Positions 37,485 through 48,500 of a stretch of 64,000 bases of DNA are shown here, in pieces. This stretch comes from a virus. Position 1 is the stretch's first letter; every line of letters starts with the position of its first letter. The notes under the pieces were generated by a model. It was given only the letters and a program-made list of their open reading frames with translations. It made no database searches and was not told where the DNA came from. Both the position numbers and the translations under genes were made by a program. Location of the stretch: positions 44,286-108,285 of the IMG/VR virus record IMGVR_UViG_3300031368_000001. The stretch is one strand, 5' to 3'.

Positions 37485-38161
37485 CCTCCATACTGTCCTA
37501 ACTCAACAGCTATTTCATTAAATTCATTTAACGATGGAAAATCATTGTCTTTGACTTTTAATATAGTCACATATGTAAAATTCTTTCTCCCTGGTATATT
37601 ACTAGGCCAATATTTCTGTGTCATTTCCCTCACATCGACTATTTTGTATTTACAAAGTCTAGAAAGTTTTGTATAGAAAGCATGAGTATAATGAAATAGT
37701 CCATGATGTTTAGCAGGATTCCCGCCACTATATCTATCTGAAGGATTAGATCGTATTATAATACCACCAACTTTACATAAATTATGTATATTCTTGTTTA
37801 ATTCATATTGATTTTCTACATGTTCAGCTGTACCAAAATCGATTATAAAATCAAATTTACCTATCTTAGATGTAATAGGTTTAGCTAAATCGTATCGTAA
37901 TATAGTCTTTTTAGTGCGCTTTTCTGATTTTACAATGTCTTCATTTCCTATGCCTAAATCTATAACACTGACTTCAAAACCTTTACTCTCAAAATACTGA
38001 CTAGCCAAACGATGAGGCATATAATTATGTAGATCTAACCTAATCCATAAATCACCAAACTCGCACAATCTTAAACCATCAAAACTTCCAATGTATTCTT
38101 TATGTTTTAACCAATCAGTAATTTCTTCAAAATATTTTATATCTTTGAAATGTAGTCCCAC
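37478..38161 (-). CDS. class I SAM methyltransferase
   Basis: KFDFIIDFGTAEHV.NQ...NIHNLCKVGG. Confidence 0.8.
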   Translation of the reverse strand: MGLHFKDIKYFEEITDWLKHKEYIGSFDGLRLCEFGDLWIRLDLHNYMPHRLASQYFESKGFEVSVIDLGIGNEDIVKSEKRTKKTILRYDLAKPITSKIGKFDFIIDFGTAEHVENQYELNKNIHNLCKVGGIIIRSNPSDRYSGGNPAKHHGLFHYTHAFYTKLSRLCKYKIVDVREMTQKYWPSNIPGRKNFTYVTILKVKDNDFPSLNEFNEIAVELGQYGGC

Positions 38162-38802
38162 TAAATTTCCTCGGTAGATAATATTGTTAATTTCTTAATA
38201 ATATGGTTTTTAGCATGCCCTATCAATGCTACTCTAAGCTCTTTTTCTTCCTCTATAAGTTCCTTGCATCCTAAATCTATGAATTTCTTAGCCCAATATT
38301 CTCTAGTTTTTCCAGCATTAAGGTGCATATAACTAAAACTATACGCTGCGGTAAGTACTATTAGCCTAGAAGAAGCATTAATCATATTTGCAACAAAGAT
38401 GTCTTCTTCTTCTGGCAACAGATGCTCTGCAGCTTCTATAGAAAGAGCGCAATCCCATTTTCCATAATCAAGTTTTCTACCAATATGTCCTTTCTTAACA
38501 AATCCACGTACACGCTTCGGAATACACTCTCTTGCAATATCGGCTCCTATATCTATGCCTAACACTTTTTTAGTTTTCGCTTCAAGAGCACCTTCAATAT
38601 ACGACCCTAACCCGCAACCAAAATCAATTATAGATTCCAGATTAAGCATATCAGATAAAATTTTACCTGATCTCATTTCCCAATCCCTCATTTTTATTCT
38701 TTTACAACAGTAATGTTTACTATAAATATTTAACGGGTTTTCTTTATATAATTCCTGCACAGCAGGAATATCTTTTTTCCATCTTTCTTCAGTCCATCCC
38801 AT
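38161..38802 (-). CDS. class I SAM methyltransferase
   Basis: IIDFGCGLG, WDCALSIEAAEHL. Confidence 0.85.
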   Translation of the reverse strand: MGWTEERWKKDIPAVQELYKENPLNIYSKHYCCKRIKMRDWEMRSGKILSDMLNLESIIDFGCGLGSYIEGALEAKTKKVLGIDIGADIARECIPKRVRGFVKKGHIGRKLDYGKWDCALSIEAAEHLLPEEEDIFVANMINASSRLIVLTAAYSFSYMHLNAGKTREYWAKKFIDLGCKELIEEEKELRVALIGHAKNHIIKKLTILSTEEI

Positions 38803-38805
38803 CTA

Positions 38806-39351
38806 TTAAAGCCTCCCTATTTTTTTTACCCATACACTTGCGTCTAATAGTTCTATATTATCCGAGCCGAAAATTTCATCTACCGCTTGCTTAACACCAA
38901 TTTTCTTACCGCCATAATCATGTCCTGTCAGTAATCCTTCATACCCAACTAGCGGAAGCCAAGCTGTAATATCATTCAAAACAGATTCGTATTTATGATC
39001 AGCATCTATAAAAACCAAATCGAAATATTTTTCAGGAAATAATCTAGCTGCTTCAAGAGAAGACATTCGTAAAATATGTAATTGTGGAAACCAGCGCATC
39101 AGTCTACATGCTTTAAGATAACACGCATCCCAGAATTCGTGTGTACGAGATCTATAATTCCAATGGCTAGTAAATTCCCAAAAATCGATTGCCCAATATT
39201 GAGAAATAATATCTTTACATGTGCTTAAAACTCGTTTCGTAGTACTTGATTTCCAAATTCCTATCTCTGCGATTATCAAATCTTTTTTATTAAACTCTTT
39301 CAAAAGATCTATCAAAACTTCTGCTTGATTCTTATATTCTTTTTTTTCCAT
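38806..39351 (-). CDS. class I SAM methyltransferase (Methyltransf_24-like), paralog of 36915-37484
   Basis: RMSSLEAARLFPEKYFD.VFIDADHKYESV shared with the paralog. Confidence 0.88.
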   Translation of the reverse strand: MEKKEYKNQAEVLIDLLKEFNKKDLIIAEIGIWKSSTTKRVLSTCKDIISQYWAIDFWEFTSHWNYRSRTHEFWDACYLKACRLMRWFPQLHILRMSSLEAARLFPEKYFDLVFIDADHKYESVLNDITAWLPLVGYEGLLTGHDYGGKKIGVKQAVDEIFGSDNIELLDASVWVKKIGRL

Positions 39352-39522
39352 TTTACATCCTCACCACAAAAATGTTACAAAAGAAAGGTTTTTATTTCTT
39401 TCAGGGTCAAATATTTCACTACATCTCATTATAAGCTCTATTTGGATCCATCTTCATTACCATAGTTAGTCCACAATTCATAGCTGTACTTCCAATAAAA
39501 TCCTCAGAGCCCGTTACTAAGA

Positions 39523-40380
39523 TCATGATAACTCCGCATAGTCATTTTTTGATGTTGCTCCCTTAATCTCTTCCCAATCTCTGACTTCTCTAACTCGCTG
39601 ATTAACTTTTTCAGCAGCTCGAGCCATATCTACTTCAAGATTGTGTTCTTCTGCCCATCTTATGAAAGCATTAATATCTTTAGGAAAACATTTACCGCCC
39701 CAACCACGATAGGAATCAAATCCAGGAACATCAGTATGGCTATTACCAATTCTAAAATCTGCTAACCACATATTTCTCAGTTCATCGTAAGGCACACCAA
39801 TACTTTTTGTAATATCATACATTTCATTAAGAAACGAAATCTTAACAGAAAAGAAAATATTTGCCATGTATTTTACAACCTCAGCTCCTTCCCATGTTGT
39901 TCTGAATATCGGTGTATGCGAAAATCTAGTTCTGTATACTTCTTCAAGTTTTCCCAAAACATAATTATCATTTCCTCCAATAATGATTCTTGAAGTATTA
40001 ATGAAATCAAGCTTTGCAGAACGTTCAGTTAGGAACTCAGGATTAAAAATAAGTATATGATTTTTATATTTTTCAGCATAAGAACGGGTAGTTCCTGGTA
40101 CTACAGTACTTTTAATTACTATATTTTTCTGACTGAAAGCTACTCTATTAATTTCTTCAATGGTACTATCTATACTGGATAAATCTTGACTTCCATCTAA
40201 ATTCATTGGAGTGGGAAGACAAAGAAATAAAAAATCTGACTCATTCACAGTTACATAAAATGGATCATAAAAATCTGAATATTTATCAAAAATTTTAATA
40301 TCAGCATGCAGAGCAAAGCCATGACTGATTGCTGAACCAACAAAACCAAAACCGATTATTCCAATTCTGGGTTTTTTCAT
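39523..40380 (-). CDS. UDP-glucose/GDP-mannose dehydrogenase family (lacks C-terminal UDP-binding domain)
   Basis: IIGFGFVG, CLPTP, IKSTVVPGT, FNPEFL, AEVVKY..N, GGKCFPKD. Confidence 0.9.
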   Translation of the reverse strand: MKKPRIGIIGFGFVGSAISHGFALHADIKIFDKYSDFYDPFYVTVNESDFLFLCLPTPMNLDGSQDLSSIDSTIEEINRVAFSQKNIVIKSTVVPGTTRSYAEKYKNHILIFNPEFLTERSAKLDFINTSRIIIGGNDNYVLGKLEEVYRTRFSHTPIFRTTWEGAEVVKYMANIFFSVKISFLNEMYDITKSIGVPYDELRNMWLADFRIGNSHTDVPGFDSYRGWGGKCFPKDINAFIRWAEEHNLEVDMARAAEKVNQRVREVRDWEEIKGATSKNDYAELS

Positions 40381-40390
40381 ATTTTCTCCT

Positions 40391-40621
40391 CTATCCTTGT
40401 AATTCTACAATTTCTTTACCACTTCTTTTTGCTTCATCTTCACTCAACAATTTACCAGTGCCAGAATCAATGTCTTCTATCGCTCCACAATCAGCACATT
40501 TCATGAGTTTTCCTTTCATACGATTATCAAAAGCTTTTATCTCTTGATCCATCTCATTACCATCAGCCATTCCACCAGCTAACGGACTACCACATTTCAT
40601 ACAAAAAACATCCCAAGGCAT
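40391..40621 (-). CDS. zinc-ribbon protein
   Basis: CMKCG...CADCG. Confidence 0.6.
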   Translation of the reverse strand: MPWDVFCMKCGSPLAGGMADGNEMDQEIKAFDNRMKGKLMKCADCGAIEDIDSGTGKLLSEDEAKRSGKEIVELQG

Positions 40622-40642
40622 TATGCTGCCTCCTTAATGATT

Positions 40643-41047
40643 TTAAATGTATGATTCATATCTTTTCATTAAATCAGGATCAGCCTTTCCGCTAAATTCT
40701 CCTAGTAATCTGTAAGAATCTTCCTCAAAATGTTGAGTAGAAATTTCTAGGATTTTAGCATGTGTTAGTCCTGTGAAACGATGTAAAAGAAATGGACGTA
40801 TTCTAACTACATCGCCTTCTTGAATTACTTTAATAAGATTATCTAAGTATATATTACTACTTAATTCCATAATAATCTTACCTTCCAAAATATAGAATGT
40901 TTCATCTTTAATTTTGTGATAATGTAGACTACATCTCCGACCTTTATTTAGATAGAGAATTTTACCACAATACAAAGAAGTGTTAACAATCCATTTTTCA
41001 TAACCCCAAACTTTCTTGTGGATTTCACTCATATGAATGAAAATCAA
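40643..41047 (-). CDS. cupin (sugar isomerase-like)
   Basis: KVWGYE.W...CSLHYHKIKDETFY...HRF. Confidence 0.85.
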   Translation of the reverse strand: MIFIHMSEIHKKVWGYEKWIVNTSLYCGKILYLNKGRRCSLHYHKIKDETFYILEGKIIMELSSNIYLDNLIKVIQEGDVVRIRPFLLHRFTGLTHAKILEISTQHFEEDSYRLLGEFSGKADPDLMKRYESYI

Positions 41048-41067
41048 TAAATTCTAATGTAATTTTT

Positions 41068-43677
41068 TTAGGCATTTAAACACAACCTCTCAATTTCCTC
41101 TACCCACCTTGTTGGATCATAGTTTTTCCGCATATGTTCCTTTGCAGCAGCACCCATGCTATAACATAGATCAGTCTTACGTTCAAGAGTCTTCAGATGA
41201 AGAAGAATTTCGTCATAATGGCAGAAATAAAAACCCGTCTTGCCATGTTGCACCCGATCAGCAGGCCCATCACGATTTTCCACTATGGGACATAAACCCG
41301 TTGCCATTCCTTCTATCAGCCCCCTTGGAAGATTATCACGCCAAGCATTTGAAGTTCTGTAAAAATATACATGTCCACGTTCTAAAAAATGTTCTACGCT
41401 CATCGAATCCCATTTATGGAAAACCATTTGGGGATTATTCGGAAAAGCATTCACTAGTTCTTTATGAGCTTCCATAAACTCAAAACGCACATTGTTTTTT
41501 AGGTCTTTTAATAATCGTTTATAGAGTTTTTTATCGGTTTCTTTGTCGAACTTCTTTTGCCACAAATGTATTTTTTTACCCTGATTCACACTTTCCTCTG
41601 TTGTATATTTCCTATAATCTGGCATGCAATGTTTCAAAATAACAAATGGATCTCCTTTTTCTCGTTTTTGAACAGTTAATTCTAGATAGCGATTTATATC
41701 CACAGCTCCAAAGAGAACTATCAGTTCCGTCCCTACTTGTTCGCCGAGCTGGTCTTTTATATACTCATTTTTCTTTTCTTCATTCTGAAAAATCACCGCT
41801 CTCAACTTCCCACTCTTATGCAACCACCTACATTTTGGTAATCCAGCATTAATATAGTTAATCCCTACAATCAGCATCGAACTCTTTCCAACAATTTCCT
41901 CTCCTTGTTCCAAAAACCTTCCAATCTGATCATTAGCATAGAAAAGAAGCGGTACATTATTTACCATATTTTTTAGCATTCCGCCTTTAGCCACAATTTT
42001 ATCTCCAATATTTTTACTTTCAATATATTGTCTAAAAGTATATTTACTTTTCTTGATACTTTTATAATTTTCATGCACAGGTCCCCAAGGATAAAAATTA
42101 ACTTTCCAGCCAGCTTTTCTTAAAAGCTTAACAATCATACACGCACTTTGTTCTCCGCCTCCCTTACTACTAAGCGAGGCGAGCACATTAATTTCTTTCT
42201 CCACACTTCTCTCTACCACCTTACTTTTCACCAATTCAACTTTAGTCTTTTTCGATGTTACTGGATTCATATAGGTGTAGATATCACCATCATAATATTT
42301 CTCGATGGCTCGAATAACATCCTTGGCCGTTATAGAATCCATACAAGCAGGAATGGTTCGTCCTTCTACTGTTACCGGAAGTTTACAAAATCTTTTGTTC
42401 CTAGATGGATTCGTCTGGAGTGGCGTTACGCGAGATTCCCAACAACCCCCATTATCACAACAGCTCCAAGCCCCATTCGTATGCAAAACCTGATGGTTAC
42501 AATAAGCCGTAAAAGAAGTTGGCTCCCGTCCACCATAAATGGCTACACATGGTTTTCGTTCTAATCTCCATCTTGGTGGAACTGCCGCAGCTAAATGCAT
42601 AAGAAAAGTTACACCTGATACACACCCCTCTGCATGATAAACAAGAGGAAACATTCCTCTAACATCATTATTAAACTTATCAGTTAAATCTATTACGTTT
42701 TTGAGTTTTTCTATTATGTGATCACTTCGTCCAATTACCACAAATTTTATCATTCCCTCGAAATAATCTATAACTTCCTGAAATCTTCGGTAATCCCAAA
42801 TTTTACAAGTACAGTCTGACTTACCACCGGGAGCTACAATCCAGTATTTTATGTTCTCCCCATAAATATCAGTTATCATATTATAAGATTTTTCTTTTTC
42901 GGTGAGGTGAATATCTCCGCGCTGACGAGCAAATACACTACAGAATTTATCATTCTTACCAAAGACATCCTGAAGTTTCCGAGGTAGCCAATCAAGGCCT
43001 CCGGATGGTTTACGCTTGCTGTATTTAGCCAACCAATTTTTTACTTTTTCTGATTCCTCAGAATTCTTATCAGAGACCCCTAAATCATAATCTCCTACTT
43101 CTCCTCCGGAAAATGTAGCGGTAAATTCTCCGATGGACATAGGTAATGATTCATGAGCATCTACATCTGCAATCATGTTGAGAAGAAAACCCATTGTAAA
43201 ATGGGTATAGGAGTTATTTGAATTATTGATAATGGGATAGCCAACCTTGTAGAATTCTACTCCTGGATCGTCTTTTTTTAAAGATGTGTCAATATATGGA
43301 TTATTTTCCCAGACAGCAGGGAAATTATTTTCTATGTTGATTTGGATATCAGGAAATAATAATTTAAAGTCGCGGACCCCCGCAGAAAACATGAGAGCAT
43401 CGCCTATGGCACGGCCATGACCGAAGACAATTTTTCGTGGTGGGATAGATTTTATTTTGATATTTTTTAGAAGACCTAGTGGATCTACAGGAATTGGAAT
43501 GTTAGGGGTTGGAACATCAGGGGTTGGAACATCAGGGGTTAGAATGTCAGGAAGTTCTTTTTTCCCGATGGATTTAACCTTGATAAATTTTATTTCGGTA
43601 GGTTTATTTCCGACTTGTACTTTTTCCAAGGACTCAGGATGCTTCGTTCCCGCTGTCCTCTTCATTTTCAATTTCAA
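41068..43677 (-). CDS. fused glycosyltransferase (GT9/heptosyltransferase-like N-terminal + GT4-like C-terminal)
   Basis: AIGDALM...WENNPYI...GGKSD...GVTFLMHLAAA...GGREP; GGGEQS...PRGLIEGMATG. Confidence 0.8.
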   Translation of the reverse strand: MKLKMKRTAGTKHPESLEKVQVGNKPTEIKFIKVKSIGKKELPDILTPDVPTPDVPTPNIPIPVDPLGLLKNIKIKSIPPRKIVFGHGRAIGDALMFSAGVRDFKLLFPDIQINIENNFPAVWENNPYIDTSLKKDDPGVEFYKVGYPIINNSNNSYTHFTMGFLLNMIADVDAHESLPMSIGEFTATFSGGEVGDYDLGVSDKNSEESEKVKNWLAKYSKRKPSGGLDWLPRKLQDVFGKNDKFCSVFARQRGDIHLTEKEKSYNMITDIYGENIKYWIVAPGGKSDCTCKIWDYRRFQEVIDYFEGMIKFVVIGRSDHIIEKLKNVIDLTDKFNNDVRGMFPLVYHAEGCVSGVTFLMHLAAAVPPRWRLERKPCVAIYGGREPTSFTAYCNHQVLHTNGAWSCCDNGGCWESRVTPLQTNPSRNKRFCKLPVTVEGRTIPACMDSITAKDVIRAIEKYYDGDIYTYMNPVTSKKTKVELVKSKVVERSVEKEINVLASLSSKGGGEQSACMIVKLLRKAGWKVNFYPWGPVHENYKSIKKSKYTFRQYIESKNIGDKIVAKGGMLKNMVNNVPLLFYANDQIGRFLEQGEEIVGKSSMLIVGINYINAGLPKCRWLHKSGKLRAVIFQNEEKKNEYIKDQLGEQVGTELIVLFGAVDINRYLELTVQKREKGDPFVILKHCMPDYRKYTTEESVNQGKKIHLWQKKFDKETDKKLYKRLLKDLKNNVRFEFMEAHKELVNAFPNNPQMVFHKWDSMSVEHFLERGHVYFYRTSNAWRDNLPRGLIEGMATGLCPIVENRDGPADRVQHGKTGFYFCHYDEILLHLKTLERKTDLCYSMGAAAKEHMRKNYDPTRWVEEIERLCLNA

Positions 43678-43697
43678 TATTTGATTCCTTTGCTATA

Positions 43698-43874
43698 CTA
43701 TTTATTTTTGCATTTACAAAACATCCCACTAGAAAGCGATGGCCCAGATACACCTAGATCTGGGCATGAAATCTCTTTGATTCTATGACATTTTTCGCAG
43801 AGTATTATTTTGTATCCATATCTTTCATAATAAGATTTGTAATATAAAATACCTTCCTCTGAATTAGCTTCCAT
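43698..43874 (-). CDS. small Cys-containing protein (58 aa) flanked by 24-bp direct repeats
   Basis: MEANSEEGILYY...CEKC...FCKCKNK; TCAATATTTGATTCCTTTGCTATA at 43674 and 43896. Confidence 0.45.
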   Translation of the reverse strand: MEANSEEGILYYKSYYERYGYKIILCEKCHRIKEISCPDLGVSGPSLSSGMFCKCKNK

Positions 43875-44074
43875 TAACTTGCCTCTTCTTCAATCTCAAT
43901 ATTTGATTCCTTTGCTATAACTTTAATAAACTCCGCCATTAATGATTGATTCTTAGTTGGTCCGTGTACATGAAAATGATTGTTTTTATCTAGAGTCACC
44001 ACAAGGTGTTCCTGGAGCTGACTTTTTTTGTCAGGCTTGAGTTCTCTTTTATCTGAGCAAAAAGGACAGATCAT
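43874..44074 (-). CDS. hypothetical protein
   Basis: 66-aa ORF, MICPFC. Confidence 0.6.
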   Translation of the reverse strand: MICPFCSDKRELKPDKKSQLQEHLVVTLDKNNHFHVHGPTKNQSLMAEFIKVIAKESNIEIEEEAS

Positions 44075-44084
44075 AGTGTTAAAT

Positions 44085-44387
44085 TTAGATGTTCAAGCTT
44101 TCTTCTGGTATTGTATAAATTTTCATTCCCTGATCTGAATATGAAACAAGAGAAATTCCTGATACGTAATCCTTGACATTTATTATTCTACATTGAGTTA
44201 GTCTGAACATAGCATGACATTTATTACATCGTATAAATATTTTTTCCTTGGTTTTATCCACCAATATTGTCATCCTATGTTCTCTATCATTACATATAGG
44301 ACAAGCAATAGTTAATTCTGGTAATTTCTCTTCCATGATTTCTTCCTCAACTACTGGTGGATCAGGCCATTCTTTTGGTCTCTTCAT
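44085..44387 (-). CDS. zinc-ribbon protein, paralog of 44641-44931
   Basis: WPDPP...PEL.I.C...ND..HRM.I..DK.K...FI.C.KC shared with the paralog. Confidence 0.65.
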   Translation of the reverse strand: MKRPKEWPDPPVVEEEIMEEKLPELTIACPICNDREHRMTILVDKTKEKIFIRCNKCHAMFRLTQCRIINVKDYVSGISLVSYSDQGMKIYTIPEESLNI

Positions 44388-44640
44388 CTTTTTCTCCTTT
44401 CAGGATTCTCTTTCATAATTCTTTTCCCTGATTTATTTTCAAATAGATTACAAAAATATTTTTTATATCCCATATTTTTTCTGTTAACCTAACAATAAAG
44501 CAAACAACTGGAAAAGTAATCGGAAAAAATAAGATACGAATGATTATTGTAATTATTTTACTTATAACCCTGACTTTTTTTTGATAGTATTTTTTCCACT
44601 CTCGAATAAGATATTTCATATCTTCTCCTCCTCTAAAAAA

Positions 44641-44931
44641 CTACTTACTCACTACCTCCTCACCACTTTCTCCTGGCAAGTAATATTCTCTATCCTTTTC
44701 AATGATCTTAGTTCTCATTAGCTTAAATGTTCCACATTTATCACACTTTATAAAATAAGATTTTACAGAGTAGTCTTTCCCTTTTGCCTTATCCATAAAT
44801 ATCATCATCCTATGTTTTACATCATTACTCATAGAACATGGAATAAATAATTCTGGGAATTTTATTTCTGGTGGATCAGGCCAGGGATGCGGCCTTTCCA
44901 TTTTTTCAGAGTTAAATGTGTGCTCTTCCAT
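44641..44931 (-). CDS. zinc-ribbon protein, paralog of 44085-44387
   Basis: Same motif as the paralog; C-terminus YLPGESGEEVVSK matches the ligase gene end. Confidence 0.6.
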   Translation of the reverse strand: MEEHTFNSEKMERPHPWPDPPEIKFPELFIPCSMSNDVKHRMMIFMDKAKGKDYSVKSYFIKCDKCGTFKLMRTKIIEKDREYYLPGESGEEVVSK

Positions 44932-44944
44932 GATCTTCCTTAAA

Positions 44945-45307
44945 TTACGCTGTACCCTTTATAAACTTGTGATAACGATTGATACACCCTAACAAAGTTG
45001 AAGCCTTATTCCAAGCTCTATGTGTATTTGTTACAAAAATTATTTCTCCTTTAGAATTTTTTGATTTCCATACTGCAGGAGTTTCTTCACCATGAGGACC
45101 ATGATGCCAGACAGCTTTTCTGTACATCACAATTTTTCGTTCTTCTTCAGTTAGTGGAATTTTGTTTTCTCTCAGGATTTGGTAGGAGGATTTAGGGACT
45201 GAAAAATTAAAATGAGTAGATTTAACTGCTGGTAAATCCTTCTGCATATCAGAATAGTTAGAGCCTGTGCTGATATCCTCGCTAAATGGTTTGATTTGTT
45301 CTACCAT
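44945..45307 (-). CDS. hypothetical protein
   Basis: 120-aa ORF in the operon. Confidence 0.6.
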   Translation of the reverse strand: MVEQIKPFSEDISTGSNYSDMQKDLPAVKSTHFNFSVPKSSYQILRENKIPLTEEERKIVMYRKAVWHHGPHGEETPAVWKSKNSKGEIIFVTNTHRAWNKASTLLGCINRYHKFIKGTA

Positions 45308-45525
45308 GGCATAACCGATGGTGTTGATTTAGAAGTTGATCGAGCTTCAGCATAAATACATCCAAAATCTGGATCAATAAAAAATCCTTCGCAGTAGACA
45401 AGATGAATTAATCCAGATTCACCACGTATTTTGGGATTTATACAGTCCCATTTAGTATCAGGGTTTTTACCATCAGGGTCTGATAAATCATTTGACTTAT
45501 AGAATCTACAATCCTTACATTTCAC
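45301..45525 (-). CDS. small Cys-rich protein
   Basis: MKCKDCRFY...PDFGCI. Confidence 0.6.
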   Translation of the reverse strand: MKCKDCRFYKSNDLSDPDGKNPDTKWDCINPKIRGESGLIHLVYCEGFFIDPDFGCIYAEARSTSKSTPSVMPW

Positions 45526-48500
45526 TTACTTACTACCTCCTCACCGCTCTTTCCTGGCAAATAGTGTATCTTACCTTTTTTATCTATAATCTTTGCTTGA
45601 AATACATGATCTTTTATGGCCTGCCGTTCTATCTCATCTATAGTCTGAGGTTTCTTGTTTGTTATCCCGAGCATCCTTGGCGCCCATGCACTTAAATCAA
45701 AAGTTTTACTTCTGGCGTCATACGTGACATTGATTGTCTCAGCCTCAATAAGAATTCCAGATCCTTCGGCTGGATTTTCTTTTGTACTAAACGATTTCCC
45801 TACATGTACAGCTTTTTTTCCATTAATTTCTCGAGTATCCTTTTCTTCAATAACTCTATTGCCAGCCAGGATACCATATTCAAGGTTATACACCTCTTTT
45901 GTTTTAGTTTCAAGTGAATTCAACACAGTTGCGGTAAAAATAGTACTTACATGATATTTTATCCAAAGATTCTTTCTCCTATTTTTCAGGTCATAGGAAG
46001 AGGAGGCCTGTTTTGCTACATTTCCTTCAGAACCGTCTAACTTCCTCAATCTTTCCGTCTCTTTTTTCAATTCCTCTCGATTTTCATTTTTTGTATGTGG
46101 AATCAAATTCCAATTATGTTTCGGATCTGGAAGTTCAGTTTTTTGCGGAAAGTTTAATTTTTGCAGCAGCTCCCGGCGTTCTTCAAACGGGTTTTTATGA
46201 ATATCTTTATCGTAAAAAATCATGTCATAGACATTAAGAATAATACCATCTTCATTAGGATTTATTTTATGGATATTACCAGCTGCAACTTCGCGAGGAT
46301 AGTGCTGACCATCTTCCCACCATTCTGCTTCAGCTAAGAGAATCATATCATGCCCAGGAGATAACTTTTTGGCTTCTTCAATAGTCTGAGGGAAAGAACT
46401 AGTTTCGTCAACACCATCCTCTGTATAAACTATTACTTTACCATCTTTCGAGATGTGCCATTCTGTGTTTATACCATCGGCCTTCCTGGAAGAATTATGC
46501 GCTATAACTCCAGGAATATAACTTTCATCTTCAGTTTGGATGTTAAAAAGTTCTTCCTTATTTCTTGAAAGAAATTCGATGTCTAATATCGGAATCCAAA
46601 AATACTCTTCATCATCCCACCATTTCTGATAAGATCTTAATGGAGGATCTTTGATTTCTGGCCATTTAATTCGTTCAATTTGTTTTCCAGTTACTACAAC
46701 TTCCCATCCACCCAGAGAGCTACTTTTATAGCCATTCAGTTCAAAACTTTTAGGTGAAGTTCGATATTTTACAGCTAGAAGGTTTAATTGATTTAGTAGT
46801 ACCAAAAGTTGATTAGCAATAGTTTCTGAATGAGTTGAAAAACGAAAACCCGAGGCATGTAATGCACCATCACCTCGCCAATATCCATATAGAAATGCTA
46901 AAAGTTGTTCTTTAGAGAGATGAAATACGAAATCTGGAATTTTTTTATTTCGAGCACCAGTATTAAACAATTTGGCAAACGCCCTTGAGAGAACTGTTGA
47001 ATTAAGCTGTATTCTACAAGCATGATCTAAATAATAAATCTTTGGAGAACGAAAATATTTCTCACATAAATAACTTGTTTCTTCAATTAAATCAGTTTCA
47101 TGTAGACCAAATGAAAACCCAATACCTTTTCCTCCCCCTGCATCTCCTTCAGCTAAATATAAACCAAACAGCCTATAGAGATCAGATTCTCCGTGAATTC
47201 TAAAATTAAAAAAATCAATAACTTCATTTTTTTGAATATAACCCTTGCCTCGAGTTAAACTTTTCAATCCAGATATTTTTGCGAAATTAAAAGAGAATTT
47301 TTTTATTTGATTCCTGATTTTTGGTATAGCAAGAAAATCACCAGTTTCAAGAGAATTAGCTTCTATCCACTTAGCTTTATAATTTTTATATCGATGCTGA
47401 CATCCGTACTTCTGCTCACCACAATTTTTTCTACAGACAAGATGTTTACGATTAGACCATGAACATTTTTGAGATTTGATTGCCAAAAATTTGTGATCAG
47501 CAGAGCAGATAAGTGGATCTTGTTGATTTAATAATTTAATTTTTCGTAGAGAGCGATCATCTATAGTTGAAAATATCCCTAACACTTCTTGCAATTTTCC
47601 AGACTTGGAATAAACTTTATCACCAATTTGTATCTCTTGAATTTTTTTGAATTTTTTGCCCCAGACTATTGTATCTCTATGAAAACAATATACAGGAAAT
47701 TGGTCATCAGTCCAGAGTGAAAGAAAGGATTCAAGCGATTGAGCTTGACCTGGCAAAAATCCGCGTTTTGGCTTCATGGCTAAAATAAACTCATTAAAAG
47801 TAACTTTATCATTTTTTGCTGCTTTGTTTGCTTCAGCTTGTTGCTTATTAGTATTCTTTGTTCTTAGTTTTATCTCAGCTTTCACATCCAACTCTCCGAC
47901 ATCTAACTCTTCCATCTTCACAATCTCTGCATCAGGAATTCTTTCCATGATTAGACGATAAAGTGGAAGATAGCTTGTAAACGGGCTCATCCCTCCTTTT
48001 TCTTCTGTAAGTAATTGTAATCTATTTTGTAAATTTTTGGGAAACATTCGATGAATTCTAAATTCAATAATTCGTTTAAGTTCCTCTTCAGATGGAATAG
48101 TCAAGAGAATATCCGCATCATTCTTTGTTCCTTCCGGATGAGTAATTATTCCTCCGACTATCCATGATACTGGATCACATACCTCAAAATCTTTGAAGTA
48201 AGGTTCAATATCTTTAAGTTGTATTACCGTTCCTAATTTTTCTCCACTGGGACCAACCGGGGCGTACTCTGCATCTTTCTCCGGTAAAGGCAAAATTTCT
48301 TTAACTTTATCGTGGTTAATTTTTTCAATTTGGTAAATAGCTTTTTCTTTATGATTATCACACACTGGAATAAAAGCTCGTCCTTCTGCCCAAACAATTG
48401 CTAGTGTAGCAGACTTGCTGCAGTATTTGCATTTATGCGGTCTTTGCAAAGAACTCTCTCGAAATGTATGCTCAGTTGGAATAATTGGTAATGTCTTAAT

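Noticed and set aside
34277-39351. Diversity-generating retroelement acting on methyltransferase paralogs
   Set aside because: No reverse transcriptase in the window and the differences are not adenine-specific
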